NCBI RefSeq assembly: GCF_902713615.1
Contig: NC_052146.1
Span: 146,361,875 to 146,425,874, forward strand
Direction of reading: 5' to 3'
Length of the DNA stretch: 64,000 bases
Source of the DNA: Scyliorhinus canicula
Taxonomy: Eukaryota
The position numbers were made by a program, and so were the translations under genes. The number at the start of each line of letters is the position of its first letter. Within the stretch, counting starts at the first letter, position 1. This document shows, one piece after another, positions 36,410 through 48,586 of this stretch. The notes beneath the pieces are model-generated. The model saw nothing but the letters and a program-made list of their open reading frames with translations. It ran no database searches and was not told the DNA's origin.

Positions 36410-37560
36410 ATGAGCTGGATGTTCAGGGAGTGGGACACTTTCACGTTGATGTAGGGGACACCCTGATGGCCAGGAGCACGCAAGCCGTCAGGCATGCCAT
36501 CTATTACCTCCTGGATCTGGGAATCATATTGATGGTGGAGAATCCTGCTGCCTGGATATCTTGTTGAGCATGGTCCATGTCAAAGTTTATATAGATTTCT
36601 GCCCGCGTAAAGAGGGCACCCATGACTTCACAGATATATTTGTGGGCTGTATCTTGTGAAATGCCACACAAGTCCCCCCTCGAGCCCTCAAATAATCCTG
36701 AGGCGTGGATGTTCAGGGCTGCGGTGACCTTGATGGCCACCTAGAGTGAGTATCCTCCTTCTCCATGTGGTGTCAAGCCCGCGAGGAATGGCACATGTGC
36801 CACACCAACCACTGTTGAGGTGGAGCCTCCTGTGACACATGCTTTTTGAAGGACTAGCGATGCCTGTCCATCTTGAGTCGCCATCGCCGGCCTCCCCCTC
36901 TGGGTCCCTCTCTGGCCTGATGGGCAGCCAGGTCCTCAAGGTGTGGGGTGGGCCTCTGCAAATGGGCCACCGCCTTGAGTCACTGTCAATGCTGCTGCCG
37001 CCGCCTCCTCCGTTGTCTGGCCACCTGGCCTGCGAGCAGCACTGCGAGGGCAGCCTACGCAGGCTCCAGGATATCACATCCAGTGTAATATCTGTAAGGA
37101 CTTGGAGAGGGTGAGAGACTGACAACCAGGGGCCCTCTGTTCTCCATTGCTCCCCCTGCCTCTGCTCCACATCTCCTCTGCCAAACGACCTACCCTGCCC
37201 ATGCACTCTTGGCCACAGTGAGGTCCCCTGATCACCGGACCCCAGACCCTGTAACATTACCTGAACCAGGCGCTAGTCCCCTCCCTGGTGCACCCACTCA
37301 CCCTCTGGTCACAGAAATGTCCTGGGTACATGGCCCCAGCCCCTGTATGTTCGGATGTTGGCTTCTACATCTGTGATATTGCTTCCTGCAGCACATGTCC
37401 AGGCAACAGTCTGATTGGGACGTTAGGCAATAATTCCCACATGGCACATGGCGCGCCTACCCACGGGAATTCATTTGCGAGCTGTGAAGTGCTCACTCAT
37501 CTACGATTGCCAATACCCTAATAGCAATAGCCTTCAGCCACACGGCCAGAGGCTTCCATG
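36410..37560 (-). pseudogene. Harbinger transposase 5' half remnant
   Basis: IKVTAALNIHASGLF...GDLCGISQDTAHKYICEV. Confidence 0.85.
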
Positions 37561-38944
37561 GTCAGTGGGAGTTATGGGCTGGGAATAATTCCCAGTAATC
37601 AACTCAAATGATCACCTAACAAGATTTCACATGATGGCTTTTACCACAACTAAAATCAACATTGACTGAACATTATTTAGCAGACAATTAATGCACTGAG
37701 AGATATCTCCTTCAATTTCCTAACACGACTGAAAACTCGACCTTGCATTTAGAGATTACACTTCACTCATTGCAGTAGACTTTACAGAAGCCAGTCTAAA
37801 GATTTGTGATTTGACCTCAGTGAGCGAGGGCTGAAGGGTCTTCAAGCTGACTGGAAAAATTTGGTCAGCTTCTGCTGAGTGACCCTAATAGTTTACTCAG
37901 AACGTGTGGACAACTAGTTATCACCCTTCCAGCTCCTCTGGAACAAAAATGGTTTGGAGGTAGGAACATGATGGCATTTTAGCACTCCACTCTCCAACAC
38001 CAATTTCTGGGCCATCCCAGCACAGTCACGTCTCTAATGGAAATCAAAGCTTCTGCCGGAAATCTTACAAGAATGATGGGTTAAAAAAAATAATTTCAGC
38101 AAATGTAGTTCATTGAAAAATCTGACATGAAAATAAGCCACAAAATCATTCGTCAAAACTCTCTTTTCAAAGTTAAGGATATTAGTCACAAACATTCAAC
38201 TCAAATTCAATTTTTTTGTTCTCTCAAATAATTTGATTTGAAATTCATATTACTTTATATGGAATAAAAAGGTGAGCGTGCAGGCAATCAATGTCTTTGT
38301 TTCTTACTGCTCCTACAATTTTAATGAGTTTAATGCTTTTTGAATGGATTACGATTCCCATCGGATCGGGAAATGTCATTTTAAATGAATTAAAATCTTT
38401 ATTCAACTGGAACTAAGGTTTGCCTGGTAAGATTGCAAACAATTTCTAGGCCCTTCTCTCCCAAGTATTGCAAAAAAAAGTGTTCAACAGCATGTTGAGG
38501 AGGCTTTAAACAACCAAAGTGACACAGTTACTTCTTGTGTGCAAAATACACACACCATGGGCGGGATTCACCGACCCTGTGCCGGGTCGGAGAATTGTCG
38601 ATCTCGCTGGTTTATCACGCGGCGCCGGTTCAATGCCGTCCCGTCTTTCTCCCACCCTGTGTGAGCGGCCTAATCGTGAACGGTGTCACGCCGCCGGGAG
38701 AATCGGCCGAGGGGGCAAGTCCCGCGATTCTCCGGTGTCCCGTTGATTCTGCGGCCCGTATGGGCTGACATTCCGATGGCGTGACCCCAGGTCACTCCGG
38801 CTCCGTTCACTCCTGCAAATAAAAATCGTCAGCCAGCCGTGCTGGCTGATGGTGCAGGAGAGGAGGTAAGCGGCCAAAGTATTGCGCTTGTGACACTCTC
38901 GGGACGGACACGGATAGGACTGCGGCTGAGGGGGGACCTCCATG

Positions 38945-39612
38945 TTCGGGGGGAGGGCTCTATGCTGGGGGTGTGGGGCCTCTGGTGCTCGGGGGGGCTG
39001 GGCCTCTATGCTGGAGGGGGCTGGGCCTCTATGCTGGGGGGGGGCTGGGCCTTTGGTGCTCGGGGGGCCTCTATGCTTGGGGGGCTGGGCCTCTATGCTG
39101 GGGGGGCTGGGCCTCTATGCTAGGAGGGGTTGGGCCTCTATGCTGGGAGGGGCTGGGCCTCTGGTGCTCGAGGGTGGGCCTCTATGCTGTGAGTGGCTGG
39201 GCCTCGATGCTGGGGGAGGCTGGGCATTTGGTGCTCGGGGAGGCTCTATGCTCGGGGGGCTGGGCCTCTATGCTGGGGGGGGGGGGCTGGGCCTCGTTCT
39301 CGAGGGTGGGCATATATGCTGAGAGTGTCTGGGCCTCTATGCTGGAGGGGCTGGGCCTCTATGCTGGCAGGGGCTGGGCCTCTATGCTGGCAGGGGCTAG
39401 GCCTCTATGCTGGAGGGGCTGGGCCTCTATGCTGGCAGGGGCTGGGCCTCTATGCTGGCAGGGGCTGGGCTTCTATGCTGGGAGGGGCTGGGCCTCTATG
39501 CTGGGGGGGCTAGGCCTCTATGCTGGGGGGCTGGGCCTCTATGCTGGGGGACTGGGCCTCTATGCTGGGGGTGTACGGGGGGTGGGGCCTCTATGTTGGC
39601 GGGGTAGGTTCT
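38945..39612 (+). repeat. G-rich minisatellite, ~20-23-bp unit GGGCCTCTATGCTGG(G)nCT
   Basis: About 30 tandem copies. Confidence 0.92.
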
Positions 39613-39614
39613 CT

Positions 39615-40306
39615 GGGTGCGATTCTCTCAAAACGGGAGAAATCGTAAAGCGCGCCCCTTCCCGACCGGGAACCGATTCTGGTCCCCGGTCGGGGCTAGC
39701 AGCCCGACGCCGTAGGCTCCGGCATGACGGGCTTAATGAATATCGTTAAGCCCGCTTGCCGGAGTTAGCGCCGGCTGACGTGTCATATGATGTCAGCCGC
39801 GCATGCGCGGATTGGAAGACTCCAACCCGCGCATTCGCGGATGACGTCATCGCGTATTTGCACGAAACCCGCGCATGCGCGGGCCGGGATGCCCCTCAGC
39901 CGCCCCGCGAATGGATACTGCGGGGCGGCGGAAGGAGAAAGAGTGCGCGGGCATCGGGCCCACTGCCCGCGATCGGTGCCCACCGATCGCGGGCCCATGG
40001 CACCCTTGGCACGGCCGTGGTACTGCCGTGCCAATCGGTGCCATGGTTATGAAAAGCGAGTTTGTGACGCCGTTTTTACGAACGGCCAGACCAGGTGTGT
40101 TTGCCGTTCGTAAAAACGGCGTAAAGGGCTGGGACTTCGGCCCATCGAACAGCTGTGAATCGCTGCCGGCCGTAAAAAAACGGCGGCAGCAATTCGGGTC
40201 GGGAGTTGGGCGGGGTGTGGGGGAGAATAGCGGGAGGGCGGGAAAAATGTCGGGAAGGCCCTCCCGCTATTCTCCGACCCGTCGTGGGGGTCGGAGAATT
40301 TCGCCC
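39615..40306. mobile_element. Harbinger MITE, family 2, nested in element B
   Basis: TIRs gggtgcgattctc / gagaatttcgccc; reverse-complement homolog of 59169-59910; TSD TCT/ACT. Confidence 0.88.
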
Positions 40307-40753
40307 ACTATGTTTGGGGGGGCGGGGTGTGTTTGGACGATGCCAGCGCAGGGTTTGCCAGAGCCACTGCCACCAGATTGGCGACCATGCTAATGGGCAT
40401 CGGCCCCGGGTGCCATCTGCCCGCACGGCCCCGGGCCTTGCCCATGGGTGCAGCACCCCCCCCCCCCCACTCCCAGGGGCAGACCTCCCAGCAGCTGGCA
40501 TCCATCGGCGGCAAGGGGCGGATCTGCACCCTGGATTCCCCCAGTGAGGGCATAGCCATCCAACGATGGCGCTATCAGGAGGGACAGGCAGTACTGGGCA
40601 GAGGAGGGAGGGTGTGGCCAGGGGTCTGGGTGCATGTGTGGCTGCGGGGCATTCAGCAAGCTGGGGCAGACATGTACCCCAGGGCACCTGACTGTAGCGG
40701 GGACCATGCACCATCCTTAAACATGTTGTATACCCCACCCCCTGCAGATCACA

Positions 40754-43700
40754 ATGTTTGGGCACCAGCCAGCAATGTTGGCTGCCGTGGCAGCAGCCGC
40801 TGCCCTGCATGTGGCCCTGTGGCATCGTCGGTGCATGTGGTTCAGAGAGGCTGCGGCAGCAGCGGCGGCAGCAGAGGGACAGGCGGCAGCAGAGGGACAG
40901 GCAGCAGCAGAGGGACAGGCGGCAGCAAAGGGACAGGCGGCAGCAAAGGGACAGGCGGCAGCAGATGGACAGGCGGCAGCAGAGGGACAGGCGGCAGCAG
41001 AGGGACAGGCGGCAGCAGAGGGACAGGCGGCAGCAGATGGACAGGCAGCAGCAGAGGGACAGGCAGCAGCAGGGGGACAGGCGGCAGCAGAGGGACAGCC
41101 GGCAGCAGAGGGACAGGCGGCAGCAGGGGGACAGGCGGCAGCAGAGGGACAGGCGGCAGCAGATGGACAGGCGGCAGCAGGGGGACAGGCGGCAGCAGAG
41201 GGACAGGCGGCAGCAGAGGGACAGGCGGCAGCAGAGGGACAGGCGGCAGCAGAGGGACAGCCGGCAGCAGAGGGACAGGCGGCAGCAGGGGGACAGGCGG
41301 CAGCAGAGGGACAGGCGGCAGCAGATGGACAGGCAGCAGCAGAGGGACAGGCAGCAGCAGGGGGACAGGCGGCAGCAGAGGGACAGCCGGCAGCAGAGGG
41401 ACAGGCGGCAGCAGGGGGACAGGCGGCAGCAGAGGGACAGGCGGCAGCAGATGGACAGGCGGCAGCAGGGGGACAGGCGGCAGCAGAGGGACAGGCGGCA
41501 GCAGAGGGACAGGCGGCAGCAGAGGGACAGGTGGCAGCAGAGGGACAGGCGGCAGCAGATGGACAGGCGGCAGCAGGGGGACAGGCGGCAGCAGAGGGGC
41601 AGGCGGCAGCAGGAGGACAGGTGGCAGCAGAGGGACAGGCAGCAGCAGAGGGACAGGCGGCAGCAGCGGCCGCAGCAGATAGACAGGCGGCAGCAGAGGG
41701 ACAGGCGGCAGCAGCGGCCACAGCAGATGGACAGGCGGCTGCAGAGGGACAGGCGGCAGCAGAGGGACAGGCGGCAGAAGGGGACAGGTGGCAGCAGAAG
41801 GACAATCGTCAGCAGATGGACAGGCGGCAGCAGAGGGACAGGCGGCAGCAGAGGGGCAGGTGGCAGCAGAGGGACAGGCGGCAGCAGATGGACAGGTGGC
41901 AGCAGAGGGACAGGTGGCAGCAGAGGGACAGGCGGCAGCAGATGGACAGGCGGCAGCAGAGGGACAGCCGGCAGCAGAGGGGCAGGCGGCAGCAGGGGGA
42001 CAGGTGGCAGCAGAGGGACAGGCGGCAGCAGATGGACAGGCGGCAGCAGAGGGACAGGCGGCAGCAGAGGGGCAAGCGGCAGCAGGGGGACAGGTGGCAG
42101 CAGAGGGACAGGCAGCAGCAGAGGGACAGGCGGCAGCAGCGGCCGCAGCAGATAGACAGGCGGCAGCAGAGGGACAGGCGGCAGCAGCGGCCACAGCAGA
42201 TGGACAGGCGGCTGCAGAGGGACAGGCGGCAGCAGACGGACAGGCGGCAGTAGGGGACAGGTGGCAGCAGAAGGACAGGCGTCAGCAGATGGACAGGCGG
42301 CAGCAGAGGGACAGGCGGCAGCAGAGGGGCAGGTGGCAGCAGAGGGACAGGCGGCAGCAGATGGACAGGTGGCAGCAGAGGGACAGCCGGCAGCAGAGGG
42401 ACAGGCGGCAGCAGGGGGACAGGTGGCAGCAGAGGGACAGGCGGCAGCAGATGGACAGGCGGCAGCAGAGGGACAGGCGGCAGCAGATGGACAGGCAGCA
42501 GCAGAGGGACAGGCGGCAGCAGAGGGACAGGTGGCAGCAGCGGCCGCAGCAGATGGACAGGCGGCAGCAGGGGGACAGGTGGCAGCAGAGGGACAGGCGG
42601 CAGCAGAGGGACAGGCGGCAGCAGAGGGACAGGCAGCAGCAGCGGCCGCAGCAGATGGACAGGCGGCAGCAGGGGGACAGGTGGCAGCAGAGGGACAGGC
42701 GGCAGCAGATGGACAGGCGGCAGCAGAGGGACAGGCGGCAGCAGATGGACAGGCGGCAGCAGAGGGACAGGCGGCAGCAGAGGGACAGGCGGCAGCAGCG
42801 GCCGCAGCAGAGGGACAGGCGGCAGCAGAGGGACAGGCGGCAGCAGAGGGACAGGCGGCAGCAGAGGGACAGGCAGCAGCAGCGGCCGCAGCAGATGGAC
42901 AGGCGGCAGCAGCGGCCACAGCAGATGGACAGGCGGCAGCAGAGGGACAGGCGGCAGCAGAGGGACAGGCGGCAGCAGATGGACAGGCAGCAGCAGAGGG
43001 ACAGGCGGCAGCAGAGGGACAGGCGGCAGCAGATGGACAGGCCGCAGCAGAGGGACAGGCGGCAGCAGAGGGACAGGCGGCAGCAGAGGGACAGGCGGCA
43101 GCAGATGGACAGGTGGCAGCAGAGGGACAGCCGGCAGCAGAGGGACAGGTGGCAGCAGAGGGACAGGCAGCAGCAGCGGCCGCAGCAGATGGACAGGCGG
43201 CAGCAGCGGCCGCAGCAGATGGACAGGCGGCAGCAGAGGGACAGGCGGTAGCAGAGGGACAGGCGGCAGCAGAGGGACAGGTGGCAGCAGAGGGACAGGC
43301 GGCAGCAGAGGGACAGGTGGCAGCAGAGGGACAGGCGGCAGCAGATGGACAGGCGGCAGCAGAGGGACAGGCGGCAGCAGAGGGACAGGCGGCAGCAGAG
43401 GGACAGGTGGCAGCAGATGGACAGGTAGCAGCAGAGGGACAGGCGGCAGCAGAGGGACAGGCGGCAGCAGAGGGACAGGCAGCAGCAGAGGGACAGGCGG
43501 CAGCAGAGGGACAGGTGGCAGCAGAGGGACAGGCGGCAGCAGAGGGACAGGTGGCAGCAGAGGGACAGGCGGCAGCAGAGGGACAGGCGGCAGCAGAGGG
43601 ACAGGCGGCAGCAGAGGGACAGGTGGCAGCAGGCCAGGTGGGACCCGCTGAAGCTCAGGGCTGCCTGCCCGACCGGCGCAGGAGGAGGCCGAGGCAGACG

Positions 43701-44846
43701 TCGACCAGATCAATGAGGGGGATGCTCAGGATAACTACACCGATGTGCAGGGGGAGCAGGTGGTGGAGGGGCCAAGGCACCGGAGGCGCCCCATGACGCC
43801 ACGTGTCTACTGGCGCCGCATGTCCTTCGAGGACCTGCTGGACAGGGCATGCAGGAGGAGACTCAGGATGAGTCAGGAAACGGTCGCACATATCTGCCAC
43901 CTGATAGCACCCCTGGCACCGCGTGGCACTGGGGGAGGACCTGCTCGCCCAGTGGGCGTCAAGGTAACTATGGCCCTTAACTTCTATGCGACGGGGTCAT
44001 TCCAGTCGCCGAGTGGGGACCTGTCCGGCATCTCCCAGCCATCGGTGCACAGGTACATCCGTGCAGTGACTGACGCCCTGTACGACATCGTGGGCCACTA
44101 CATTCAATTCCGAGTGGACTTCACCTATCAGAATTCCCGGGCAGCGGGATTCGCTGCTGTGGCTGGGATACCCATGGTACAGCGGGCAATCGATGGGGTG
44201 TACGCCGCCATGCGGCCTCCAGCGGAGAACAGGGACGTCTTCATGAACAGAAAGGGGTCCTCCTCCATGAACATTCAGATGGTCTGTGACCACCGCCTGA
44301 AGATAATGCACGTCTGCGCACAAGATCCGGGCAGTGTACATGGTGCATTTATTATAGCACAATCGTTCACCCCCACCATGTTCGAGGGACCCCCCCCCCT
44401 GCCTGCGGGGCTGGCTGCTGGGTGACAAGGGTTACCCGTTGCAGTCATGGCTGATGACGCCTATACGGAGGCAACAGACTGACATGGAGATCCGCTACAA
44501 TGAGGCCCATGCAGCGACCAGGGGTGTTGTGGAGAGGTGCTTCAGCCTGTTTAAGATGCGCTTCAGGTGCCTGGACCGCTCTGGAGGGGTCCTCCAGTAC
44601 CATTCGGAGAGGTTCGGCCGCATCGTTGTTGTCTGCTGCGTCCTCCACAATATTGCTCAGCAGAAGGGCGATGTGCTGGAGGAGGAGGAGGGGGAAGGGG
44701 CAGTGGGGGAGGCCGCGGGAGAGGCCGCCTCTCCAGATGAGGAGGATGAGGATGAGGATGAGGGGGGCAACAAACGCGACATGGGGGCGAGTTATGGACG
44801 GGAGGCTGCAGGACTTGGCTTGGCCAGCGTGCATGTGAGGCGTTAA
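40754..44846 (+). pseudogene. Harbinger transposase of element B with N-terminal (AAAEGQ)n expansion; frameshifted
   Basis: MFGHQPAMLAAVA + repeat + RRRLRMSQETV...ALNFYATGSFQ...AIDG...NRKG...GDKGYPL...YNEAH...[15 protein letters not shown]...CCVLHN; frameshifts near 41780, 42250, 43660 and 44395. Confidence 0.92.
40850..43632 (+). repeat. 18-bp minisatellite GCGGCAGCAGAGGGACAG, roughly 150 units
   Basis: Direct tandem array with codon-level variants and 9-nt insertions. Confidence 0.97.
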
Positions 44847-45425
44847 TAGACGCACATTTCACCCACTAGGGGGGTAGGGGCTCTCTGAGCAGGGCCACTG
44901 GCACCACTGTACCGGCCCGCCTCACCACCCAGCACCCTCACCTCCCACAACATCCGACTACCTCACGTGCCACACCACCACATGCACAGCACCCTCCAAC
45001 TACGGCACAACGGGCTGGTCTCACATGATTGCCTGTGGAAGCGGGTGTGTTCAATGCCATGGAGGGTGATGACAACCCGCTCTGCGATGAGCTGTGAGCT
45101 CGAAATCGTTAGCCAATGTCTGACTCATGGCCACAGCTACACCCTCCACGTGGGTGGTCCCTGTGCGCGTAACCGACACTCCCATGGACATGTTGGGCAG
45201 CTGGCGGTGGGGTGCCGAGTATGGCGAGGGGAATCTTTACACCCACCTGGGCTCACCGATCCACCAGCCTTTGAACACAGTGCCAATCAGTTTCGTTCAC
45301 GGCCCCGCGGCCACCGGACATAGAACAGAGGCATCTTGCATTGTTGTAACAGTGAGTTTAATTGTAACGGTAACATACAAGTGCCCTAGCCCGATAACTA
45401 TACTGTGTCCTGCACCCGTGCCTAC

Positions 45426-47440
45426 TTACTGGGTGTCACACTTCTTGGCCTTACGGGCCCTACCACTATGTCTAAGTGTTTCCCCAGATGGTACAGCAGG
45501 AGTGGAGGGGGACTGTTGAAACTCCGGCCCTGTGACTTGGCTCCCCATTGGCGTGCGTTTCCTGGGGTGACCCAGCTTGGATGGACCAGTCTGCTCCATA
45601 GGCGTGCTGGATGGTTTGGTGCCACCCTGTTCTGCCCACTGCCCACCAGATGTGCCAGGGACAGGACGGGGAGGGTCGGAGGATCCATGGTGTTCCGGGA
45701 GCTCCCTTGCAGGAGTCACCGGGACGATCACCGGAACCTCCTCCTCCCTCGGGATGCCCGGTGGCCCCCAGGCCTCTCTATGGGATGGGGGTGAGAGCGG
45801 AGACAGGCCCCAAGGCCCCACCGACACCTGGCGCTGCTAGTCCTGGAGGCCCGCTGTGGTATCGACCAGTGTCTGAATGTTAGCAGCGATGGAGCTCAGG
45901 GAGTGGCCCATTCCTGTCTGGGACTGCGCCACCTCCATCTGTGCTTGTACGACGCCATCCAGCATCTGGGCGATGCCGCCGATGCTCTCAGCGATGGCCT
46001 GCTGAGACTGGGCCATCATCTGAGCAATGCTGCCGATGCTCTCAGCGATGGCCTGCTGAGACTGGGCCATCATCTGAGCAATGCTGCCGATGCTCTCAGC
46101 GATGGCCTGCTGAGACTGGGCCATCGATGCTCTCAGCTGAGACTCGGCCAGACTGTGGAGCGTCGCTGAATTGTCCAGCTGCTCTGGCACATGTCTACCT
46201 GTGAGAGGGCAGCCCTGTCCTGGGCCACGGATGACACATGCACATGAAGCCCCAGGTCTTGCATAACCTGACCCATGGCCGAAACCATTGCACCCATTGC
46301 CTCCACCGCGGCCTGGATGGCAGCCATGACCGGCACCATTCCCTGCTCCTGGATGCGAATGGACTCCTCCACCTGTGTCTGCAGTTGCTGGAAGCTGGCC
46401 GTCATCCCGTTGTCTAGTCCCTGGGTTTCTAACTGCATCGGGTCTAGGGGTGGGACTAGAAAGTCCAGGAACCTGGGAACATGATGGGGCTGGCAGCTGG
46501 TTACTGGCCTGCCCTCCGGCCAGCCGGCCCCTCGGCTGTTCCTACCTCCACCTGCTGTAACGGTATGGCTGTGTGGTGTGCCCCAGTCTGTGTCCCAGTA
46601 GCCTTATCACTAAAGTGCCCAACCGAGGTGCGAGACTGCGATAATTGGGGGTGTGGGTGAATGTAGTGACACCAAGTCTGGGTCGTCATTGGTCCCAGAG
46701 TCTGGTGGTTCCTGCGTCGGCCCCTGGGCCAGTGTTCTTTCTTTCGTCCCCATCTGAGAGGCACTGTCCGGTCTGCCCGTCATCTGTGTGTCAGTGTCCT
46801 GGCTTGACGTCTTCTGTGCTTCACAGTCCTGAATGCCGTGCGCGTCAATGTCCATCGTCCCCATTTCGGAGCTGTCGCTGTCATGGGTGTCCTTCCTCTG
46901 TTCATCACTGTCCTGGGTCTCAGTCTTCTGTGCATCTGACTGCTGTGTCACAGTGATGGTGTAAGGCCTTCGTTGCCGTCTGCCCTCCCCGCCGTGGTGT
47001 CCGTCCCTGGGGGCACCTAGACCTGGCACTTGTGGGGTCCGAGAAGTGCCAGATGGTCCGGGTCGATAGACAGCAGGTCCTGTAACACACAATGCAGCAT
47101 GTATCGTTACACACATGGACTGGGTAAGGGGGTGTAGTCAGGGGATGGGGGAATGGGGTGAGAGTGTGTGCTGGGGTGGGGTGTTTGGGGTGAGGGTGTG
47201 TGCTGGGAGGGGGGTGGTTTGGGGTGAGGGTGTGTGCTGGGGGGGAATGGATTGAGGGTGTGTGCTGAGGGGGAGGGGGTGTAGCCAGGCAGGGGACTCT
47301 CACTTGCTGGTGCGCCTCCGATCTGGCAAGGGGCAACCTCCGCCAACGAGATCCAGTGCCTTTTGCTCATGTACTGTGAGGGGGGTACTGCAGTACAGGT
47401 GACCCGCTTCCCGTTCTGTGGTTGTGGGCGGTCTTCTCCT

Positions 47441-47477
<37 letters not shown>

Positions 47478-47924
47478 CAAAGCATCAGACTTAGTCGGTA
47501 CACAGCATCCCACGCAGGTGTCGCCTATATGATGGCATGGGAGTATTGGGCACCCGGCCACGGAGACTGTCAGGGGTGTGCAGCCCATTAGGGTCAAGTG
47601 GGCTGGGGGGTTTGGCAACACTCCTGGGTGGGGGCGGGGGGTGGATTTGGTCAAATGTGTGGCTGGTAGGGGTTGGGTGGTTCCTGGGGAATTTCTCAGT
47701 GTACTCACGCTGGCTGCCCTCGTGTATCTTCTTGCGGCACTGCTCGGCCGTCCCTGGGTTTTACCACAACGCCCACCTCACGCCAATTCCTCCGCACTGT
47801 GCTGGCATGGTGCCGGTGGCCAATTCTACGGCACAGGATCACCCTCCTTTCTTCAACCGCGCCCAGCAGCGTCTCTAGGTCGAGGTCACGGAATCTCGGG
47901 GCGACACGGCAAGGGGTCTGCCAT
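45426..47924 (-). pseudogene. Myb/SANT-like partner gene of element B (exons 47924-47709, ~47438-47304, 47079-45426)
   Basis: APRFRDLDLETLLGAVEERRVIL...QCRKKIHE; GT-AG introns at the same positions as in element A; ends RARKAKKCDTQ*. Confidence 0.8.
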
Positions 47925-48076
47925 CTCGGAGGTCTCGTCAGTTTGCGGCTCTCGGTTACAGTTTAAGCGCAGCGACGCTGCGTCATCGGGAAGTCGCGCG
48001 AATAACGCTGGTATGGCACCATCCCCCCCGTGCTTCACAATGCCCTCATGCTGGCCCCTTTTGCGGGCCAGAATAA

Positions 48077-48265
48077 GGGGCTGTTTAGCTCACTGGGCTA
48101 AATCGTTGGCTTTGAAAGCAGACCAAGGCAAGCCAGCAGCACGGTTCGATTCCCGTAACAGCCTCCCCGAACAGGCGCCAGAATGTGGCGACTAGGGGCT
48201 TTTCACAGTAACTTCATTGAAGCCTACTCGTGACAATAAGCGATTCTCATTTTCATTTCATTTCA
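48077..48265 (+). mobile_element. Short tRNA-derived SINE (~185 bp)
   Basis: gggctgtttagctcactgggcta...ggttcgattccc, tail (tttca)n; homolog at 57200-57388. Confidence 0.85.
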
Positions 48266-48586
48266 AGTTGTCGGACGGCATTTACGACGGATCGGGGACT
48301 CTGCCGCGGGATGGGAGAATCCCGCCCACTATTTTAGAATAAATATTCATGCCATTGTCACTGCATAGGCTTTGCCCAACAGAGCAAATTTTAACTTTGG
48401 CTCAGTTTAGCATGTACTGTCTATGTTCTAATGTGTTTATTTGAAAAAATAGCAATCCAAAATGAGCATAGATTTCTCACACAATCATTCGAGCCAATTC
48501 CATAAAATGTCTGTTCTCTTGGCAGTGCTGTTTAAAATAAATGGGCTGACGGAATCCAATTAAGGAATTTTTGCATCTGCAGCAAG

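Larger units (their letters stand above)
38559..48327 (+). mobile_element. PIF/Harbinger transposon B, apparently full length (~9.8 kb including expansions and insertions)
   Basis: TIRs gggcgggattcacc / ggagaatcccgccc; both genes present and convergent; TSD ambiguous. Confidence 0.88.

Noticed and set aside
40850-43632. CRISPR array
   Set aside because: Contiguous tandem units with no unique spacers; eukaryotic context; no cas genes.
40076-43796. Long ORFs as real genes (antifreeze-, keratin-associated- or trichohyalin-like)
   Set aside because: They arise from a stop-free 18-bp tandem unit; only the AAAEGQ frame links to a recognisable protein start.
43745-44846. Host HARBI1 gene
   Set aside because: Lies within TIRs next to a Myb partner, is frameshifted, and has several paralogous decayed copies in the window; this is a transposon, not the domesticated gene.
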